In this document: positions 52,201 to 64,000 of the stretch, piece by piece
Layout: every line of letters begins with the position of its first letter
How positions within the stretch are numbered: position 1 is the first letter of the stretch
DNA from: Felis catus
Lineage: Eukaryota
Direction: 5' to 3'
Length of the DNA: 64,000 nt
NCBI RefSeq assembly: GCF_018350175.1
Contig: NC_058368.1
Coordinates: 210,926,001 to 210,990,000 of the forward strand
The notes under the pieces: model-generated
Database searches by the model: none
What the model saw: the letters and a program-made list of their open reading frames with translations, nothing else
Told to the model about the DNA's origin: nothing
Translations under genes and position numbers: made by a program

Positions 52201-52536
52201 AATTCACTAAATTTTTAAATATATGATATGTTTTAATTCTAGAATGTGCATTTGGTTCTCTTATATATTTCAATTCTGTAGCATCTTGTATCTTTTCATG
52301 TATTTTCCCCCATCTCTTACTCTTTTTAACATATTAATCATAGTTATCTTAAAGTTTATGTGAATTCACATAATAAATTCACTAAATTTTTAAAGATATG
52401 ATATGTTTTAATTCTAGAATGTGCATTTGGTTCTCTTATATATTTCAATTCTGTAACATCTTGTATCTTTTCATGTATTTTCCCCCATCTCTTACTCTTT
52501 TTAACATATTAATCATAGTTATCTTAAAGTTTATGT
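52201..52536. repeat. 161-bp direct duplication, period 175
   Basis: 52201-52361 vs 52376-52536, two mismatches by eye. Confidence 0.95.
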
Positions 52537-53632
52537 CTGCTGACCTCAAGTTCTGAATCACTGTCAGGTATGCTTCAGTTGTCTACTTTTTCCCTATTGG
52601 TTACTGACCAAATGGCCTTGCTTCATCTCATATCAAGTATCTTAATTTTATTGGGTACAAAAGAACTGTAGTGTTTCCAGACGATATTATCTTTCCCAAA
52701 TGGAGTCCAGCCTCTCCTCTTATAAACAGAAAAGTAGATCATACATCACCATGATCCAATCAGGATTGAGCTAGGTCAGTGCTGGGCTTATAGTCTTGGT
52801 AAGCTCTGGTTCATCACTATTCCCGGCATATGGGCCTCTCGGACTTCTGGTGGTCTTTGACTCTTTGGCCTTGATATTCTGCAGGTTATTTAGTTCAGGC
52901 ATCCTCCTACAGAGGTCACTGTTTTGTGAGAATGAAGGAGGTTTCATTCTGTTTTTCAGAAGCTTTGGACCTTCGCCTCCTGTGCAGCTTCAAAATTAAA
53001 TAAATGTCTTACGTAGGCAATGAACCATATGTTTGAGATTTTTCCATTTTCCCATATTGTCCATCCTGCACAACTGCTAAAAGCAGGCTCTCATCCAAAC
53101 TACACTAGCCTTTATTCGGAGGAAGAAAATTAACACAGAATAGAACCAGTGCTTGGGGCAGATCGATGGCATGTTAAGAGATTCTGAATCCCGCAGAGGA
53201 GGGGTGGGTGCCCATAAACTAATTGATGTATTTTATTTGTACCTTTTTCAGTGATCTTCAGTCAGTTAACAGTAGAAATAACCAACAAGGACTGGAGTTT
53301 AAAAGGGTCCATGTTCTATGCACGAATAAAAAGCTTTTGCATGGAGCTGAAAAGTATTTAGTTGAAAAAGAAACATGCTTTACTTTATTTCAGAATACTA
53401 CAAAACTTTTGATTTAAAAAAAATCTGCCCTTTTCATTAATGTCCGTCTGTTCCCTTAACAAGTATAGATATATACCATTGCTCTAAGGACCTTAAAAAT
53501 ATAGTTAAAAAGTGAGTACATCAACCACATTGAAAATACTCACTGCTGAGTCTTAGTACCTAGGGTAACACCACATTGTACCAATGTAACCACACACACC
53601 AGTATAACACCACACTGTATGAATATGAATAT

Positions 53633-53845
53633 TTCTTTTTTTTTAATGTTTATTTATTTTTGAGACAGAGAGAGACAGAGCATGAACGGGGGAGGGTCAG
53701 AGAGAGGGAGACACAGAATCTGGAACAGGCTCCAGACTCTGAGCTGTCAGCACAGAGCCCGACGCAGGGCTCGAACCCACAGACCACGAGATCATGACCT
53801 GAGCTGAAGTCGGCCGCTCAACCGACTGAGCCACCCAGGCGCCCC
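53633..53845 (-). mobile_element. CAN-SINE
   Basis: TSD tgaatatgaatatttctt. Confidence 0.94.
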
Positions 53846-54059
53846 TGAATATGAATATTTCTTAAACACACATCAACCCAAGAAAGGGACAATCCCCCAG
53901 AGTTATACTCATTAGAAGAGGAAATCCAGTATAAGACTAACATTAAATCATGGACAATACAAAAAGGAAAAAAAAATAATACATGAGTAACTAACTGATA
54001 ATTGAGTATGCAGTTAATATTCTTCATGATTATAAAACTCATAGATTATTAGTTATCAT

Positions 54060-54500
54060 AGAGAGCATTTAATGAGAATACACTATGGTCTGACACTGTG
54101 CTAAACATTTCACATATATTTTATCACTTAAATCTCAACTATGTTACGAGGCAGCTCTCACTGTAACTGCTTTACAGAAGTAACTAAGGCTTAGAGACGG
54201 TAGTGTAAGAGCAAGGTCTAGAAACCAGATTCCCGGAATTAGAACTCTGGTTATAAAATTTATTAGTTGTAACCTTGGATGAGTTACTTAACCTCCCTGC
54301 TTCAGTATCCCTAATGGAACAATGCAGAAAATAATAATGGGGATACTTCAGGGTAAAGTAGCTGGCACATAGTAAGTGCTTATAGGTGTATGACATTGGG
54401 GGGAATTACTCAATAATAACTTGTTCAAGGTCACACAACTAGTAGATGGCAGAACCAGGTTTTCTTTCCAGATTCCAAAGCTCACATCTTAACTACAATA
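54060..54500. mobile_element. Cluster of MIR fragments in both orientations
   Basis: accttggatgagttacttaacctc...cttcagtatcc; aacttgttcaaggtcacacaactagta. Confidence 0.7.
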
Positions 54501-55727
54501 TTCCAGTATTACCACAAATTAGATTATAGTCTTTCAAATACATTTAGCTAAGAATTAATATATCTTTTATTTGGTTTCACAAAACTCTCAAAATAGTATT
54601 AATTGTTCTCATTACTCATTGTTTATTGAGCGTTTATGGCACAGAACCAGATACTTAACACACAATGAAGACCCAGCAATGCCCAGAATACAAGTGCCTG
54701 GAGCTCTGTTTGGGCTTGGTGGGCACAAGTAGACAATCACTGACTCATAGTCCCAAGGAGACTAGATTTTATGAGGAAAGATACGTTTAGGGATGAGACA
54801 ATTGCCAATGAACTATCTTCTTCACAGAAGAAGAGGAACTACAAAACTAGGAAAAACAGCCTTCTTCCCTCTGCTTTCACACCCATGGACACTGTCATCT
54901 CTGATTCTGATGTTCAGAGCAGTTGACATTTGTGAGACAATGCTGGGGTTTTTTTTCTTTAAGTAAAAACGGAAAATGACACTAATGTTGCTTTCTCTCT
55001 GCTTTTGCTCCGCATCCAAAATCAAAGCTGTGCCCAAAAGGGGCTGTATGTTTTTTAGTACATTTCCTGGCGTTATTTTTAAATTGGCCTTTCTTGCTTA
55101 GAGCTAGTTGGCAGTAAAACATTGGTACATCCAAAGGAGTGAAAATTTTATAACTCTGTATTATCAGGTAACATTGGCTGAATTTGTAAATCACATTATT
55201 GAGAGGTGCTGGATCCCAAATGTTCTTATGATCAAGTCTGTGTTTATAAGCAACAATGGCTGTGACTGGTAAGCTGACATTGTAATAGAAACAAGACAGA
55301 CAAACACCGTGTTTGTCTGGCTGGACTGCCCTCAGTTCCAAGTAGGAAGTAATGTGAATATACTCCGCACTGACCTTGTCAACCCTAGATCAGAATCCTA
55401 CGTTGCCTTTCCTTGTCTACTGAATCATATATAAATGGCTCAGTCTTATGAACTCTGTATTTGAAGCAAACTGGATAACTTATGCCTTTCCCAGCGAGCT
55501 TTCCATTTTCTTTTAAGCCAGTTAGCACTATTTATTGAGCACTGTTATGGGCATTATGTTGGGTGATGGAGCTGTAACATAGTTGCCTTTGTAGAGTCTA
55601 GAAGGAAAGAGTGACATTTGTTACAGGAGTGTTGAGTTCTATGAAGGACAGAACATTCTAGGAGTATATAACATAGAGAAGCAATCTGGTATGGGTGTCA
55701 GGAAAAGTGTCCGTGAAAAAATAAATT

Positions 55728-56056
55728 TTAGTTATCAGATTAATACATTCTGGAATCTAGTATACAGTGTGGTGACTATAATTAATAATAATGTATTGTA
55801 CACTTGACCTTTGCTAAGAGAGTAGATCATAAAGGTTCTTACCATCTACACATACACACAAGGTAAATATATAAGCTGCCGGAGAGATTAATTAGCTTGC
55901 TTAGAGGCATCATTTATCAGTGTAACGTATATCAAAACATCACATTGCATACCTTCAATATGTACATATGATTTATATATTTGTCATTAACATTTGGCAA
56001 TGATTATTTGTCCATCATACCTCAACAAAGCTGAAATGAGCAAACAAATAAAAAAG
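55728..56056 (+). mobile_element. Old L1 (L1MA-like) extreme 3' end
   Basis: atacagtgtggtgactata...tttgctaagagagtagatc...tacctcaacaaagctg, A-rich tail. Confidence 0.75.
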
Positions 56057-56520
56057 AATTGATACTTGCTACTCTAGAGTCAAGACTGTAAATGAGTTTC
56101 CCATTGTGGTGCAATCTGTGTCTCTCTGTTTTCCTGCATTGTAACACTGCTGATCTTTCTTACCAAACACTGAGTTGGCTAATGTGGCTTGCCAATCTAA
56201 ATGATTTACAGATTTGTGTGAGATTATTTAAAAATTCTCCATACATTTTAAATCTACGTTTAGACAGTGGGAAGTAAAGCAGTACTTTAGTACTGGTTGT
56301 ACGCGTTTTTTCCCTCCTTTCAATTCTAATTTATTTCTCTGATGGGCTCATTGGGAGAAATAGATTTGTTTCCCATCATTTACTCCTACTTTGAAGACCA
56401 GTCTTCTGTTTACATGGAAAAGTAGGGGAAACCTTGTTTACCTGGAATTATTTTGACTCTGCACTACTATTCAAAGACTTCTTGAAAACAACATAAAGTA
56501 ATAGCTTTTGTGCTGGGCCA

Positions 56521-56617
56521 CCCGGAAGCCTTGACATTGGAAAAGCCTGTGGATGCCATAGCAACCGCAGCTTTGTAGTCATAGTAACAGCCTTGTGCTC
56601 CAGAGGCAAAACCAATG
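56521..56617. promoter_or_regulatory. Candidate promoter/enhancer: ETS site, two CCAAT boxes, two RFX X-box-like motifs
   Basis: ccggaag 56522-56528, attgg 56536-56540, gatgccatagcaac 56552-56565, gtagtcatagtaac 56575-56588, ccaat 56612-56616, in sequence I do not recognise as repeat. Motif evidence only. Confidence 0.45.
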
Positions 56618-57985
56618 AGCTTTAAGCATCACTACATTCTAGCTAAGCTTCTCTGACCTTATCAGGGAGCAGCAAGATCTGTCTGTTCTTCCAAGTGCAC
56701 TTGCCAGTCAGCAGGGAGGGAAAACTGTGCATAATGTACTTGATTTAAATGTCCTGCTTAGATTACTCAAGCAAGTGAATCCTCATTATTTAGCTTGATC
56801 GATCAAGTGGCAGGGTTTTTTTAAAACTAGATTGCGGATTTCAATTATCCAGGAGGATTGTTACAAAAGCAGACCATACCACATGCATGTTGGGAATGTG
56901 GTGATTACTAAACATATCAGCAGAGTAAAATATGTAGATTTCCCTTCGGCATCATAGATTGGAAACCCCAGGGGCCCTGGAAAATAATTGGCATCTGGTT
57001 TGTTGAGTCTTTTCCTCTCATGGAGGATGGTAGTAAGGAACAATACCATCTTTCAAATTCATATGTCACACCAAGGTTGCAGTAGCAAGAAACCAATCAT
57101 TATTCGATCTGTATCTGGCCTGCAATGTCTTTGAAAGACTTATGATTTCCCCTGAATACTTCCTTCCTAAAACTGGGCTAGCAAATGATAGCCTTCAAAG
57201 CTGTATGTTTATATTCAATCTTCACAAGCTCCAAAGCATGAAATGGGAAGTCCAGGCAAGGCAATCCATTCATAAAAAGGACATAAGTAATCCCCCTTTA
57301 AGTTAAGCTTTACTAGCTATTTTTGGATATATCACCTGTGATTGCATAATCTCATATGCAAATATGTAATAACAAATCAAATGAGTTTCCCATCTGCATG
57401 CATTTGACTCTTGTTGTTTACCTGAACTATTTTATACTTCATAGCATACTTCCTATATAAAAAAGCTCAACATTCTAAACTTTCAATGCTATTTGAATTA
57501 CATTTATCCTTTGTTCAAGTCCATTTTGGTTCATCCTGTTCTGCTATTCCTGTTCCTGGCCAGTATAAGAAGAGAATACCCTGAGGAAAATTATGCTTTA
57601 TAAATCAGATCTAGCTAGATAAATTTCTAACGCTTCTAATCTGTCTCAGTTTACAAAAGTAACTCTTTGTTTTATGTATTCAACTTATGTATATAAAATG
57701 CCTGTTACGGATTATGTGAAATGCCATCGAAGGTACAAAGATAAACAGGAAATGGTTCTTGCTCTCAAAAAACTTGCAAACTAGGCTTGATTGAAATGAA
57801 TCTTCATTTTTGGTGTCATCTGAAGCAATAATTTAAAGCCACCAGTCCTTCTATTTTAATTTCTAACAAAATTCAAGGAGAACTGGAATTTTACTCCTTA
57901 TTGACTTTACAGGTTCATGTGTTGGTTCTGTTTTTATTTTGCTAACCCTATGATCTGAAGCAGGTTTTTTTTAACAAAATATATA

Positions 57986-58235
57986 TTTTTTAATTTTTAA
58001 TGTTTACTTTTGAGAGAGAGTGAGATAGAAAGAGAGAGAGAGAGACAGAGACAGAGAGAGAGAGAGAGAGCGAGTGGTGGATGGGCAGAAAGAGAGGCAG
58101 ACACAGAATCCGAAGCAGGCGACAGTCTCCACATTATCAGCACAGAGTCCAACGCAGGGCTTGAACTCATGAACCGCAAGATCAGGACCTGAGGGAAGTT
58201 GGATGCTCAACCAACTGAGCCACACAGGCACCCCT
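57986..58235 (-). mobile_element. CAN-SINE
   Basis: Canonical structure, GA-rich region. Confidence 0.9.
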
Positions 58236-58855
58236 AAAAAAATTTTTTTAAAGCAAGCTATTGTGTTCGAGATATGTTTTGTTATAAGCATTTTGAAGTC
58301 ATGTATAAGCTATTGTTCAGAATTTATTTTTATCACCAGTTTACAAAATGGTATCTTAGATCTTTTACTGGTATGGAAAGTTCTGTCAGCAGAATCATAG
58401 TTATTCACTTTCTGGCATCTTTGGTTCCATAGTCTGCACTAGATAAAGAAGGTGTTGTTGGTGAGTATCTTGGAACTGTCCAAATATGGGCAACAAAGAG
58501 AAAATTTTAAATGAAACTCAGATTTGATGAATGAAACTTAAAAGGAGTCCTTGTCCAAGAAATGACTTCACACCTAAACTCTGGGCTGATCATATGAAAA
58601 GTAAAAGCCAAATGGACCACACTGAATTTCCTGGGAAATGATCTGATTTAACATTGTGTCCTTTTGATAATTTATAATTATAAGCTTCATGTCATTTAAT
58701 TTTATCCTTACTTGTCCATTGAAATCTTTACTAACACCGTATAAGCAGAAGAAATAAAAGAAAGTTTCTGTGTCGTCAAATCGCAAAAATAATATGGCTG
58801 GAATGGACATTACATTCATGTAGTCCAACCCCATCATTTTATAAACGAGGACATA

Positions 58856-59264
58856 GGGGCACCTGAGTGACTCAGTCGGTTGAGCGTCCAACTTCAGCTC
58901 AGGTCATGATCTCGCGGTCTGTTGAGTTTGAGCCCCGCGTCTGGCTCTGTGCTGACAGCTCAGAGCCTGGAGCCTGCTTCGGGTTCTGTGTTTCCTTCTC
59001 TCTTTGCCCCTCCCCTGCTCTCTCTCTGTCTCAAACTTAAACAAGTAACCATTTTGGGGGCGCCTGGGTGGCTCAGTCAGTTAAGCGTCCAACTTCAGCT
59101 CAGGTCATGATCTCACCGCTTGTGGGTTCAAGCCCCACATCAGGCTCTGGACTGACAGCTCAGAGCCTGGAGCCTGCTTCAGATTCTGTGTCTCCTTCTC
59201 TCTCTGCCCCTCCCTCGCTCATTCTCTGTCTCTCTCCCTCTCAAGAATAAATAAAAAAAAAAAA
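58856..59264 (+). mobile_element. Two head-to-tail CAN-SINEs (58856-59035 and 59056-59264)
   Basis: Two complete SINE bodies; outer TSD ataaa(c/t)gaggaca. Confidence 0.92.
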
Positions 59265-59915
59265 CATTATAAATGAGGACAGATGTTTCTCTAAGTTCCC
59301 TTCTAGTTTGAAATTTTAGATTTAGGTATTTCTTGACAAGCCAACCAAACTCACTGGTTGGCGTTGGTGTTGACTTGCAGTCGAATACAAGTTGTCTGCT
59401 TTCAGTAGGATCATTTGATTCATCCCCTTTAATTTCTTTCTATTTTTCTTCATTTCATTTTGTTTCGGTTTCCTCCAAGTCAAAGGGTGGTTAAAGCTCA
59501 TGAAGACTTACTAAGAGAGGGAAAATCACTAACTAGTATTCTCCAGGGTGAGATGATCTTAAATTGCACTGATTGGGATTTGTGTTAAATATGGTGAAGA
59601 AATGAATAACAGTGATAACAGGCCTTTAAAAGAAATATTTTGTGTTTTCTGAGTCTATATGTCTTCTGTGCTTAGGATTTCCTTTGTCTCTATTATCTTG
59701 TGGCTGGTCTTCATATGCCTTCATATTTCCATTTTATTTCCTCACTCCCTTCTTCAACTCTCTTCTTAACCTCCTACAAGCTTATCTTTCTTCTCATCAT
59801 GCATGTCTCAATGGTAACCATGCTGCAATGCCATTTAACCTTTGACATCTGAATGCAACTTTAAATTCATGGTCCTGTGTGACTGTTCTGATTCTGAAGC
59901 AGAAATTTGGATGAG

Positions 59916-59916
<1 letters not shown>

Positions 59917-59956
<40 letters not shown>
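59917..59956. repeat. (AC)n microsatellite
   Basis: Pure AC run. Confidence 0.95.
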
Positions 59957-59958
<2 letters not shown>

Positions 59959-60534
59959 ATGCTGTCTCCTAGGAATAAACAATTCTCCTTCATAAGCACA
60001 CTATGGTTTGAGAAAATTTGTTTTCAGAATCCCTTTATCAGCACCTAAAATTTGGTTTGAGTGTCTCTTCTGAACTCACTTTCTCTTTGTTATTTCTTTG
60101 GCAACTCTATGGAGCAGTTTCCTCACCCACTGTGACCTGTGTCCTCAAGCTTTCCTTCCCCCTCTCCCCTTTGAAAATGAACTTTCTGTGGATATTATGC
60201 TCTCAAGATCCATTTCTCTAAGACTGGAGATAATCTTCTAAATTATTTGTCTGAAAACGTTAATGGATGATAATAGCTTAATGTATACCTTAAAAGGACT
60301 CTTCAGTGTTCTAACTTGAATGAGCTGGGAATTTCTAGCACTGTGGTATGCTGGCTGGGAACATTTTCTGCATTCATACTTTGCGATGCATGCTCTTTAA
60401 TTCATTTAGTGGACGATCACCCAACATTAACTGTGAACCAGCTCTGTTCATCCAGCTTAGACACTTATATCTGGTACCTCAGTGGAAAAGCTAACAATAG
60501 TAACTTGCATCTGTCAAGAGTCCATTATGACCCT

Positions 60535-60925
60535 GAACTAGTTTGCTAGGACTGCTATAAAAAATATCACACACTGGGTGGCTTAAACAACAGATTTTAT
60601 TTGCTCACAGTTCTGGAGACTAAAGTCCCAAGATCAAGTTGTCTGAAGGCTTGGTTTCTTCTGAGGCCTCTCTCCTTTTTTTGCACATGGACAACTTCTG
60701 GCTGCACCCTCACATGGTCTTTCCTCGGTGCATACCCATGTCTGTGTCATAATCTCCTCTTCTTCTAGGACACCAGTCGTATTGATTTGAGCCCACCCAA
60801 ATGACTTCATTTTACCTGAATTGCCTCTTTTAGAGGCTCTGTCTCAAATACAGTCACATTCCAAGTCAGTGGGGGTTAAGGCTTTAACATTTGAATTTGG
60901 GCAGGATATAATCCTGCACATAACA
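60535..60925 (-). mobile_element. MaLR MLT1B-like LTR
   Basis: actgggtggcttaaacaacag...ctcacagttctggagact...aggacaccagtc. Confidence 0.82.
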
Positions 60926-60989
60926 GAGTTTCATGTTATATAGAACAATTTATATGTGGTATCTTTCATCATTAAAAATGATCTGAGGA

Positions 60990-61146
60990 GGTTTATTTTA
61001 TGGTTCAAATTGTTTTGCTGAAAAATTGAGGTTAAAGAGGGATAAGGAACTTATCCAAGGTCATGTAACTACTACGAAGTAAAATTGGAAATTGAATTGA
61101 GACTTTCAGGTCCAAAGCCCATACTTTTCTGCCATATCACTCTGCT
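60990..61146. mobile_element. MIR
   Basis: gaaaaaattgagg...aacttatccaaggtca core. Confidence 0.6.
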
Positions 61147-62956
61147 TCCAGCTAAGAGTTATAGCCAGTCAGCCTGCTCCAAGACACAATGATTATTTTT
61201 CCTAGAGATTTTACTCCATGAGAGACTGAAACTTCACTGATATTTAGGCAAAAATTCTCCTCGAGAAAGTGTATTCAAAAAAACAGAAACATGGACTATT
61301 TTTCTAGAGTTAACTGTTTTTAACTTGGTAAATGTTAAAGGTTTGACTTTTTTTTACCAAGTTACAAAGAGGTTTGGGGACTTTAGCTTTTTACCAGCCA
61401 CAGTGACGTTTTCAGAAATATCTATAGACATTTTTTTAAATCAATAAAATGGTATTAATTAGCATGTGTTTCTCCAATCTCCTGACCCACTAGGGGGTAC
61501 AAGGTGAACTAACTTAGGATCTTCATTCAATATTTTATGTGAAAGGCAGTCCACAAAATCCTTAAGTTTCTCTCAATTCAAAAATAGTTTTCAAAGGAAA
61601 TTGTTGGCTGAGCATAAAAAGTCCTGACTTCTTTACTAGTCTCCTTTTATATCACTAGAAATGTAAACAAGATGCCTCCTTATTCATATTATCTATTTTA
61701 CCCAATTTTTTCTGAAAATTACTGAAACCAGAGATTTCATGGGAAGAGATAGTCTGTGACAAGTCCTTTTATTTTTATTTTTTTCACAGCAAAGAAAGCT
61801 TACATGAAAAAAAAATCCATAACTTTAATCAGATGACAAGATGATGATAGTGTTCCTAAAGAAGGTAACAGGAAAATGAAATTCTTTTATATTAGCTTAT
61901 AGTTAAGAATTGTTTTTTTGGGCCTTCTAAAGAAGAGAGAATAGAGTGACAAGGAAGAAGAAGAGAATGAAAAATTAAGGTTTGAATATTAGTGGGTTAA
62001 ACTTCAAGCTGGGAAGTTGTTGAAATTATCATAGAATCTTTCTTTGTAGTCCTTTCCTTAGCATGAAAAAATAAGAGAAATGTATTTCCTGCCTATAGCT
62101 GGTAACGCTTGCAAATGTTTCTTTGTTGTGGTATAGCTATTGCACTGGAATAAACGCACTGTTACTGAGTAATGATGAAAATATAATTCAACAATAGAGA
62201 AAAAGGAAAGAATCGGGTCCCTAGGTTTAATAATTAGAAAATTAGCAATTTGACTGAAGGTCAAATGTATAACTACATAAAATCCCCCACAGAGGTATAG
62301 CAGCCCTACAGAGGTATCAAAGACCCAGTTATCTTAATGTCTGTAGAATGTTAAACCTATAGATTTCATTTTATGTGGGTTGGTTGGTCTCCCTCTAGGT
62401 CATGGCCATTGACCTTACTTATAAACCCGGTTAGGCACCTTGCTCTTGGACGTTCATGATCCATAAGTGACTAGAAGAGATGGTGGATAGTTATTGGTAA
62501 ATCTTATTTAATTCCAAGAAATAGCTAAACAGCTAAACCATTGTTACCAGCATCAGAACATGTAAAGAACAGCTCATATGCAGGAATCCAGGACTATGGC
62601 TTGGCAATGACCTCACATCTCTAGAAGGTGGTGGGGGAGGATTTGTGATTAGTTGGTTCTGGACAAGATAACTATGTTTCTGTTTTATAGACGAGAAATT
62701 TAATTGCCAGCTAACCTGAAGGAGATTAAATCCAAAGGAAATCAGTTTATGAATCAAATTTACAACAAACTGATTTGCAAGTCTTAGCATCTCTCATTAT
62801 ACCTAGCATTATGTCAGAAATGTGGGACATACCAGAAGTATTTACAAATCACAGCATCCATCTAATAAGTAGTTAATAACCAAGACTACAACTTACTGGT
62901 TTGTGTTGAAAAATAATGCTTAACCTATTTGGGGGTCACAAATTCCTTCGGGGATC

Positions 62957-63943
62957 TTTTTTGATTGAAGTATAGTTGACACACAATGTCGCATTAGTCT
63001 CAGTGTACAACATAGTGGTTCCATAAGTGTGGGGAATAAGCTTAGGCATTCCCTGAGCTTGCACCGATGGGCTAACAAGGCATAAGGAATTTGAAAGCCA
63101 CAGGATGTACACACCCAAGTTTGGGTAAACAAGATTAGGTAAATAAGATTAGGTACACAGGGCAAAGGCCCCCAGTATAGGACAAAGGTATAGGAATAGG
63201 AAATCTCAGGCTGAAAACATCCAAGATGAGGTAAACAAGATTAGGTATTCGGGACAGAAGTGCCCCCCCAACTTAGTGCCATGGCAGAAAGCTGCTTTCA
63301 CAGGAACGAAGGACCACATAGGTAAACAGGTAAGCAGGGCTGCAGACCACAGCAGGGTGAAGGTTCCCAGAGGGGAGCTAATCAGCAAAAGAAAGGGGCA
63401 TGGCTGACCCTGAGGTAGCAAGCTCTGTCTTTCTTGTCTCCTAGACCAGTTCAGGAACAGAGAGGAGGCCTCATGTCTGCTGTAAACAACCTTCCACCCA
63501 GCACTGGCATTTTGTTTTGTATTGGCCCAAACCTCTAACATCGCGTATCTTCAAAACCCTCATTCCCCCACGCCCATGGGTTAATGTTCAAGATTTCATT
63601 GTCTCTTTGTGAACATCCGTCACGCTTGTAAGCCTTCTGATCCTAATAAAAATGGAGCAACGACCCTGACTCAGGGCTCTTGTCTCCTCCCGGACATTAG
63701 CCCCTCTCGCATTTTCAATCTTGTGTCCCGCTCTCTTACTGGACGAGAGAGAACTCTAGACCCAGAGTCTACGACACACAAGTCTATATGTTCTGCTGTG
63801 CTCACCACAAGGGTAGCTACCACCTGTCACCACACAACGCTATTACAACACCATTCACTATATTCCCTATGCTGTACCTTTACTTCCCACTCCTCTTCAT
63901 CCATTTTGCCCATCCCCCCACCTCCCTCCCTTCTGGCAACCAC
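62957..63943 (-). mobile_element. L1 3' end (carnivore/laurasiatherian type), interrupted by the solo LTR
   Basis: ttgaagtatagttgacacacaatg...gtgtacaacatagtg | tctatatg...tgctcaccacaag...ccctcccttctggcaaccac. Confidence 0.85.
63028..63776 (+). mobile_element. Solo ERV LTR (749 bp), probably class II/betaretrovirus-like
   Basis: TG...CA termini (tgtgggg...cgaca); 6-bp TSD cataag (63022-63027)/cacaag (63777-63782); AATAAA at 63645-63650; cleanly splits an L1 3' end. The class is inferred from TSD length and the TGTGGGG start. Confidence 0.85.
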
Positions 63944-64000
63944 TGTATGATTTTACTCATGTGTGGAATCTAAAAAACAAAACAAACAAACAAGAGCAGA
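63944..64000 (+). mobile_element. L1 3' region in sense orientation (inverted 5' part), truncated by window end
   Basis: tgtatgattttactcatgtgtggaatctaaaaaacaaaacaaac matches the L1 segment just upstream of the minus-strand piece. Confidence 0.7.

Larger units (their letters stand above)
51200..53050 (-). mobile_element. Old L1M fragments
   Basis: gtttgactatgatgtgc...ttcatcagttatggaaagttctc...acatattaatcatagttat. Confidence 0.6.

Noticed and set aside
56861..57049. 62-aa ORF next to the RFX motif cluster
   Set aside because: No recognisable homology; length within chance expectation.
58340..58460. Possible exon (accag...ttg|gtgagt)
   Set aside because: Stops in all three frames and no other support.
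1..64000. tRNA genes, CRISPR-like arrays or a host protein-coding gene
   Set aside because: tRNA-like A/B boxes belong to SINE heads; short repeats have only 2-3 copies with no unique-spacer array; no coding exon was recognisable, though small exons could be missed by eye.

Overview
Mammalian, carnivore genomic DNA. About 34 tRNA-derived CAN-SINEs, including young CpG-rich felid-type copies, point to Felidae (probably cat). The window is repeat-dense intergenic or intronic sequence with no intact protein-coding gene, RNA gene, CpG island or CRISPR array that I can support. It contains two recognisable retrocopies: a full-length COX6B1 processed pseudogene (minus strand, 12-bp TSD, inserted in a MIR) and a ~330-bp VAMP4 mRNA fragment embedded in the ORF2 of a 5'-inverted (twin-primed) L1. 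The most unusual structure is a ~615-bp SINE-spacer-SINE unit (48475-49089) bounded by a single 16-bp TSD, whose spacer has no Pol III terminator on the transcribed strand; this suggests a SINE dimer that retrotransposed together with unique DNA. Other items: a 749-bp solo LTR with five forkhead motifs, an RFX/CCAAT/ETS motif cluster, a candidate exon, and a tandem duplication with a fold-back palindrome at its junction. Repeat subfamily names and reference protein comparisons are from memory, and boundaries of old repeats are approximate.
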